Assembly: GCA_964035545.1 (NCBI GenBank)
Contig: OZ037769.1
Location: forward strand, 13,918,633 to 13,982,632
Source: Bugula neritina
Lineage: Eukaryota; Animalia; Bryozoa
Length of the DNA stretch: 64,000 nt
Direction: 5' to 3'
The notes under the pieces were generated by a model that was not told the DNA's origin, did not search any database, and worked only from the letters and a program-made list of their open reading frames with translations. Numbering within the stretch: position 1 is the first letter of the stretch; each line of letters starts with the position of its first letter. Both the position numbers and the translations under genes were made by a program. Below are positions 56,115-64,000 of this stretch, piece after piece.

Positions 56115-59100
56115 TATGTATATATATAATCTTCTAAGTTTTTTAGCACCTTTTTCATCTTGCGTGGTTGGCTGCCCTTTAAAAAAAAATTTAAAATTGT
56201 CTATTATTTTGTTGAAGGAATTCCTTTTGCCAAACCACCTACCGGGGAGAGAAGATTTAATAAGCCTGAGGCCTTCGGATCCTTTGAAGGAGGAAGTTTA
56301 AAGGCTACAGCTCCAGGCTTCGCATGTCCACAGATGATAGCAAATGTTTATAAGCTAGGAGATGAAGATTGTCTGTTTTTGAATATTTACACTCCTAACC
56401 CAACTGGAAATCTAGTGAGTGTCTATGTAAATATTTTATTGAAAAATGTTAGCAACGGTTGTCAGTAAAAAATCTAAAATGATAAAAACTTTATATAGTA
56501 TCAGCAATAATGAAAAAATTTCAGAACAATAATTGAAAATTAATAATTTTATTTCTGTAATTTATTTAAATTTAATTACCCTTAAACTGCACTATCTTTT
56601 GAGTTCTTTAGCACCTCTTTCACCTTGTGCAGTTGTTTGCTTTTTAGGAAAACATTTTAAATGTATTTTTTTCTTCTTTTCAGGCGGTTATGATTTTCAT
56701 CCATGGAGGAGGGTTTTATCAAGGCGCATCACATTTTTACGATCCAAGCGTGATGGTGGCGCAAGGAGAGGTTGTTGTTGTTACATTTAATTATAGAATA
56801 GGAGCTCTTGGCTTTATGTCAACCGGAGACGACAAACTTCCCGGAAACTATGGACTCTGGGATCAGAAGTTGGCCATAGAATGGGTAAAGGAGAACATAG
56901 AAGATTATGGTGGTGACACCAATAATATCACCCTCTTCGGCCAATCATCTGGGGCTATGTCAGCCATGTTTCAAATGCTGTCGCCAGCTAATAATAACTC
57001 TCTTTTTCAAAGAGCGCTACTTCAGAGTGGCTCTGCGTTGCTCTCCGCAAATATTGTCCAAGACCCTAAGCAGGTACACCAACAAGTAATTTTTTCCTTA
57101 GGCTGCGAAATCGATTCAGAGTTGAAAAAATGTCTTCAGAGTAAAAGTATGGAAGAGATTCAAGTTGCGTCGCAATTCAATTTTATACCCATGAACAGCC
57201 TTGTTGTAGTTGACAATGATTTTTTTTATCATGGCGTTTTAGCGATTCTTGATGCATTTACGCAGCATGGCAATTCTTCGCATACGAGAGATTTGGTTGG
57301 TAATTTTGGGACGTATGATTTGTTTAGCGGATGGAATGATCAAGAAGGAATATTTATACTTGGTGTTTTGCCATTAATTGATTCAAGCTTCAATAATGTT
57401 AGTGAAGGATTTTCCGAAGAAATGCTTTTTAAGGCTTTGCAATATTTTCCTTTTACAAATCAAGGATTTGTTTCCACATCCAAATCTGCCTCTTTCATAA
57501 ATGACCTGTTAATGCAGTACTATACCAACAAACAAGATAACCTAACTACAGCAAGTAAAGACCGACTAAGAAGATTCATTGAATTCATAGGTACTCTACC
57601 AGTCTTAAACATTTTAAATCATTGTATTGTTATTTTTGTTGGTCACCCATTGAGCTAAAGTCTTTGAATTTTTGAATATCTGAAAAAAGCTATCAGAGCT
57701 TTCTAATCTAAATTTTTAGTTAAAAAAATACAATTTTTTTATTCATTTATTTGTGGCATGCAGGTGAAGAACAATCTTTACTAGTCATTTTTTACGCTCT
57801 TGATTATGCATAACTTCTTAAAGATAATCATAATTCATAGTTGTATAGTAATTACGTGTTGAAGCAACATTATTTTTAATTGGCCAGATAGTGTAGCCAA
57901 TGAAAGCTCACGTTAAATATTTATAAGATTTTCAGTGCTATTAATGCTACTAACTGTATATTTTATTTTGTCCTAAAAATTTAGGTGTGTTTTTAGGTGA
58001 TGAGTTTTTTGTTATGCCTACAATTCAGCACTTAAAGTTACACAGCGCCATATCTGATAAGAACACGTTTGCATATGAATTCAAGCAACCTATAAGCAGA
58101 CCTGCTGACACTCTGGCATGGCTCAGAACTGGAGCAAATCACGCTGACGAAGGTTTATTCGTGTTTGGTTTCAGAAACAAAGGTAAACTCAAACAAAAAG
58201 CTGTCAACTGTTTAGTTCAGCTCGTTATTTAGAACGTGCTTTTCAACAGAGTCTGTAGCAAAAAGTAAAGAAACCTAGCTTTTGATAATTTTAGGATGTT
58301 TTTGTAAAACTTGCTAATTAACAACAATTTTTAATAGCTAAAAGGCCCAATTATATTTATTAAATTAGGCTAACATTTCTGCTGTTGAAATTTTAGTAAC
58401 TATAACTTTGTTAATGACACTAAAAACTTGAAAATAATATTATAGCATTACAACTTTTAACTTTTTAATCAAAAACTGCTCCAAATACTTTGTTTGACTA
58501 ATCATGTTTTTTTTTAAATTGACTGAAATTTGATGTATTTTTAAATTTTTTATATATAATCACCAGTTGCTAATTTTTTAATAATTTGATGTTATTTCAG
58601 CAAAAAATTTATTGGATATTTGGTGATACAGTAAATTCATAGCATCATGTAAATTATTTAATCAGAGTAGAAATGCCTACAATTAATAATCTTTCTGTAG
58701 TACCTGGGTTTTCCTATACCTATAATGAGGAAGAAAAAGAACTTTCCGATAAGATGATTCTTCACTGGACAAACTTTGCTAAGACAGGGTGAGCTATCTT
58801 CAATATTTGATTAGTAATCAATAAATTAATTAACTGCAGAAGATTGAAATTTACAGCATTTTATCCAAGCAGTTTAACAATTCAAGTCAAATATAATGAT
58901 AGTAATAATGGTGTCTATATAGCACATGGTATGGCTGCAGTTACAAGTGATCCTGTAGTGACATGTAGTGACATGTGGTATGGTTGTGCTTGAAAGTGGC
59001 AGAGTTAATTTGCTAATATTTGATGTGTATGTAGAGAAAATAGTGTGGTATTTATGGTAACATGTAGTTTGATCATGGCAACAAAACTTAATGTTATTTA

Positions 59101-60360
59101 TGAAAAAACTTTGTCGCCACTGGGATTCGAACCCGAGCCCTCCGGCTTGCAAGCTATAGTGGGCTAACCATTACACCACAGGAAACACTGGGTAAACTCA
59201 ACACAATGTTATTATTTTTCTAGTAACCCATCATCCACAGACTACATGAAATTTAGTCACCCTGAAAATCCATCATATACAGAACTCAAGGCTGGCTCGT
59301 TGGAAAAGCGTTCATGCCCATACTGTGAAAAAGAAAAAGCTTTGTCAGCTGTCACTTTTGCATTAGCTCATCACAGAGACCTAATTATTAATCTTACCTT
59401 TGCCACTTCGGACCAAATTGAAAGCGCATACAAAACCGAAGCACCCTGCCCTGGTAAGTTTGAGCAACTAATTTCATGCTAAATGAGAAACCTTTTTAAC
59501 TTGAACATATGGTAAACAATTTCACACCTTTAAATTACCCAACACTGTAAAGTGACTTCTTGTTAAGCCAATACTGGTCACTAGAATAACTAGATGTACT
59601 TTAGAGTGTACAGTATAATTACCAGAGTACAATATATTCGCTATAGTAGTTACACGAGTTACTAAACTCACTGAAGAATTATTAGATTTAGTACTGCACA
59701 CTTTACTCTGCCCAGTGACATAGTACAATATACACTCAAGCCCTGAGCAGACATTATTGAATACAAATATATAATGCTGATTTTTATCTATTTTTCAACA
59801 TAATTGCTTTTTAATATTCTACTCTTTCTCTTATTGTAATAGATTTCATAATATTCTACAACTAAATCTCATTGTTTTTTTTTAAATTGAGATGTTTTTG
59901 CCTTTTTTATTTCATTATATTGCAATAAGCTTACAGCTTTGATAAGCAAGCATTTAATATAAACAACTCTTTTTGAACCTTTATATATATAAAAATTAGG
60001 TTACATATATATTTTTCAAATTTTTTTTCTGTTAATGTTTATTTCCACAGTTATTATACATTTTCATTTCTATATGATACATTATTTGCTAATAGCACCT
60101 ATGATTTCCCACACAGTTAATGTAAAACTGATAAAATGAAAAATTTATTTGTTACAGACTCACTTGCTATTGGGAAACTAAAATTAAGTACGACTCAGGC
60201 AATAAGAACACTTCAAGTACTACTGGCTGTTAGTGTAGTAGTAACAATATTATGTCTGGTATTAATCATAATACTTATACACTCGAGGAGAACTGCAAAC
60301 AGGCCAACTAAACGGGTAGTTGGCGAGTTCCAGCTGGAAGAGAAAGAAAGACTTTCATAG
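55612..60360 (+). CDS. type-B carboxylesterase/cholinesterase-family protein with signal peptide and C-terminal TM helix (about 651 aa)
   Basis: Exons 55612-55756, 56218-56414, 56684-57590, 57997-58182, 58701-58788, 59224-59453 and 60158-60360 are in phase. Motifs: YLGIPFAKPP, EDCLFLNIY, IHGGGF, NYRIG, GNYGLWDQ. Triad GQSSG / NDQEG / NHADE; WTNFAKTGNP. Confidence 0.93.
59098..59204 (-). mobile_element. short tRNA-derived repeat, family 2, copy 3
   Basis: Minus strand GTGTTGAGTTTACCCAGT...TGGTGTAATGGTTAGC...GCTTGCAAGC...GGGTTCGAATCCCAGTGGCGACAAAGTTTTTTCATAA. Confidence 0.7.
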
Positions 60361-61087
60361 GGTTTTGAATAAATTATTGTATTTATTGAGTTGAAATTTG
60401 GATCAAACCCTGTTTTTATTTGATAACTTATAACATTTTGAATAGTTAAGTTAAAGTTTTGAGTTGCGTGCTCAATGTTTTGCACATTTTTGGTGAGCCT
60501 CCAAGATGAATAAGCCAGTATACTGTATATTATTTATTTTTTTATTAAGAATTATTGAAGTATTGTATATCAGAAAAGTGTTACTTATCAGCAAGTGCAA
60601 TCATAAGCGAGCCCATCTTGTGTTTTTTTATACCACTATAATTGTAAATAATAATATTATATATGTATTTTACAAAAACAACTTGTTACAGTACAGAAGT
60701 TTGGGCAAATATTAAATTACATCAGGGAAAGTCTGTACTCACTTTATGCCAATTCTATTTCGACTTTTCTCTAATAACATAATTTTTAGAACAGATAACT
60801 CCTTGCATAAGTGAAACTACAGCTATATGCTATGCAATATTGCAAGTGCTGGCATGGCAGTTCTTTTTGTCATATAGTCAATTTGAATTCAGTCGAATGT
60901 AACAGGCTATAAGTTTATTCAATAGAAACTTACAATTATGAGCAAATAGTTTACAATACATTTTGTAGCAAAAACAAAAGCAAAGTTCACTATTCTAACC
61001 ACAAGAACCTAATTTGTTTAATTTTTTTTAATTATTATTATTTTAGGAGCCTATAGTCTAGAATCACCGATTTATGTAATTTAAGCA

Positions 61088-64000
61088 CTACTTGTTAATT
61101 TTCTTTCTGAAATGGATGATGACGCCAATTAGGATGATACAAATGACAGCAAGTAGTACTGATAACACAAGGGTTGTAGTGATCGCAACGTCAGCTTCCT
61201 GTGCTGTCAGCTGCAGCAGTCCATTCAAATACTCATCTGAAACAGAAAGATAATTGTTTGCTAATAAAAGATATAAAAACTTATTACTTAATTTGAGTTG
61301 TCTTCTCTTGGACTTTTCTCTCATGAAAAGTTTTTTGACCATATTCATTATTCAAATATTATTTAGTGTAAATTGAACTTAAATATTATCTATGGATATA
61401 CTGATAAAAAAATTGAGAGTTGCATTGCATGCATTATAATCTTATTAGCCTCAAAGATTGCAACAAGATGCCATTTAATATGTAAGAAATTGGCTACAAG
61501 AAATATTGATAGTTGTCTTCTCTTGAATTTCTACCTTATGAGAATTTTTTAAGCATGTTAATACTTCCAATATTAAAAAGACAATAATATTAAATATTAC
61601 ATATTACCAATAAATATAATATTAAATATAACAAGTTGATATTTAATATTTCACAAGCTAAAGAATTTCAAGGAATGATCAAAGTTAGCATTTGCAGTTT
61701 AAATGAAATTAATGAAAGCTAAAAGTAGTGCAGCAACAAGAGGTGGGAATTGTCTTACTTTTGGAATTGCCCTCTGTGCTCATAGAAATATCAACTGGAG
61801 TTGTTTCCTCTAAGTCAACTTTGTTCTCAACCTCTTCACTATTCATTGCTGCAGAGTTAATAGCCAAAAGAATTTGCGCCTGACTGCTGTATGGGTAAGA
61901 CAACTTCTCAAATTCCCCAGTTTTCAGTCTGGTGTAGGCCTGAGTGCTGGGATATTCAAACTCTGTGTAGTCAGTGTTTGATGGATCTCTAAAATGGAAG
62001 GTTATAATTTAAACAATACTAGTTATTTATAAAACAAGTAAAAGCAAAGAACTTATAATATATAGAAAGTTTGTAGAGTGAAATAATGAGAAAATTTATA
62101 GCTGTAGATGTCTTACCCAGTTTTAGCAAAACTTGTCCATTGTTGTATCATTCGCTGAGAAAGCTGTTTTTCTACTTCAGTAGCATTGTAATATTCAGCT
62201 CCCGCGACTACAAATATAGATAAGAATTATTAAATATAAAATTTTGCATTCAGCTTTAAATATTTCAGAAAATGATATATGCAGTTTCAAAAAACATTAT
62301 TTTTTCAACTTCAAAAGCCAATATTTACACTCACGCAAGTTTATAGTGGCTTTCCCTGTGAGAAACCCCTGATAGAAAGGGCTTTTGTTAAAGCGGGCTA
62401 AGGACTTATTTAGATGAAGCACAGGAGCAATTATGACTGAATGCTCTTCCTAACATCACTGATGGCCTTTGTCGGGGTTTGAACCCATGACCTTGTGTTT
62501 ACTAAGCAAACGCTTTAACCCCTACAGCAAGGCTGCTTCTCAAAAACAAATATTTAGGCTACAGTTAAATAAACCTCTTCTGTAAAGTTAAAATGAATTG
62601 AATAACATATCCCAACGCACGTGTTTCCTGGAACCCAAACACAAATTTAGCCTCTTCTGTGTGCGAGGCTCCAGTTTTCAGCCAGGTGGGGTACAAGCTG
62701 AACTGCCCGTTGCCTCTGACATTGTGACTAAACTCATAGGCAAAGGTGCTTTTATTTGAGAGGGCGCTGTGCAACTGCAGGTGATGGACTGTGGGAAGAA
62801 TAAACTTTACTTCTCCTGTAAAAGAAGTAAAAAGACAGATTCTTATATACGTTGTGCATGTTGCTACCAGTAGATTTCTTATGATAAAAGTTAAAATATT
62901 GTATTCTATTTTGTGTTTTTACTGTGTTGCAAGTAATGGTAATATAAGAGAAAACATAAAAAATATATTTGTAGAGCTTATAAAAGAAATTATATGCTTA
63001 TATTGTTTGCATAAGTTCTACAAATATCATTCTGTCATTTATGTACTGCCAAGTTTATTAGTTTTTGAATTTTTTATAGAAATAAAGCCAAGATTTTAGT
63101 GTTAATCTATATTACTAAATTTTTTTTCAGCAGCAAAGCTCTTTGATAGCAATAAAAACATGTGAAATTGAATTTATATTTCTATAAGAATGAGCTTTTA
63201 CCAAATATTTCATATATAACATAATTTGATTCACTAATTTGTCGGAATTACTTCATACTGTAAAAAATTCATAAAGTAAACTAGACAATAAAAGCAGCGT
63301 TTTAGTTATACTTCAAAAAATATTTTAAGCCCATATTAACTCACCAAATATTTTAGTGAAAATTTCCAATCTCTTTTCTTCAATCGTTCTATGCTTGCTG
63401 TTGAGCTTTTCATCGTCATTTAAATAAAATTCAGGTAAAATGTTTGCTATTAGTTCAACCAGTTCTTTATTGTTGCCTATTTTGCTAAAGTCTTGAAATA
63501 CAGGCACTTTCAACGCTTCACGTAGCGCCTTCGCAGAAAGACCCGTCTGAATGTTAGAAAAATTAACTTCCTCCACTAAGCGGAGTAAAACTAATAAACC
63601 AAATAGACCTTCTTGGTCCGTCCAACCACTGAACAAGTCAAAACTGCCGAAGTTTGCCAACATTGATTTCGTGGTCTCGGACAAGCCAGTACGAGCAAAG
63701 CTATCCATGATTTCATAGCCGTCATAGTGCAAAAAATCTTTATCAACCACTGGGTAAAATATTAAATTGAATCTTGGACTAGTCGCAGCCATAATTTCAT
63801 CACTAGTTTTACTTGATAAACACTCTTGAGGCTGTGCTGTTGAGGAGCAGTTTAGACGCTGAAGAACTGATTGGGAGAAGAAAGCTGGAGCTTGACTGAT
63901 TGAGGCAGCGGCAAGGGCTGACCCGCTTTGAGCTATGACTCGCTGAAATAGTGTGTTGTTGTTTAATGGAGACAGCATTTGAAATGTTGCTGATATCGAG
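61088..64000 (-). CDS. second membrane-anchored carboxylesterase paralog (5' part outside the window)
   Basis: Exons >64000-63345, 62815-62621, 62207-62117, 61988-61759 and 61236-61088 have the same intron positions and phases as the + copy. Motifs FQMLSP.NN.LFQR.I.QSGSAL, FDLFSGW.DQEG, GASHTEE, WTSFAKTGDP, and a TM helix followed by RKKINK. Confidence 0.9.
62339..62540 (-). mobile_element. tRNA-derived SINE, family 1
   Basis: Near full-length homolog of 40087-40290 within a carboxylesterase intron. Confidence 0.8.

Noticed and set aside
61296-61575. Roughly 65-bp diverged direct repeat in the last intron of the minus-strand esterase
   Set aside because: Ordinary old local duplication with no further structure.

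Overview
AT-rich, intron-rich eukaryotic (invertebrate animal) genomic DNA; the species cannot be determined from the sequence. I reconstructed exons by hand from GT-AG sites and reading-frame continuity. In order: the 3' end of an unidentified low-complexity protein gene (+), an intronless PARL-type rhomboid protease (-), glycine cleavage H protein (+), an SLC7 light-chain amino acid transporter (+), a divergent MEX3-like KH protein (+), an SHB-family SH2 adaptor (+), a secreted 10-Cys prokineticin/colipase-fold protein with a Pro/Thr tail (+, mostly missed by the ORF track), a young internally deleted BEL/Pao LTR retrotransposon (-, 47951-53233, AAAGG target-site duplication), and a tail-to-tail pair of membrane-anchored carboxylesterases. 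There are also tRNA-derived SINEs, MITEs and minisatellites. The most striking signal is in the retrotransposon. Its two nearly identical LTRs differ by a precise 216-bp GT-AG intron, present in the 3' LTR and absent from the 5' LTR. The spliced junction is the reverse complement of the non-tRNA, tandemly repeated sequence at the primer-binding-site position. This suggests a splicing-dependent self-priming mechanism, which remains a hypothesis.
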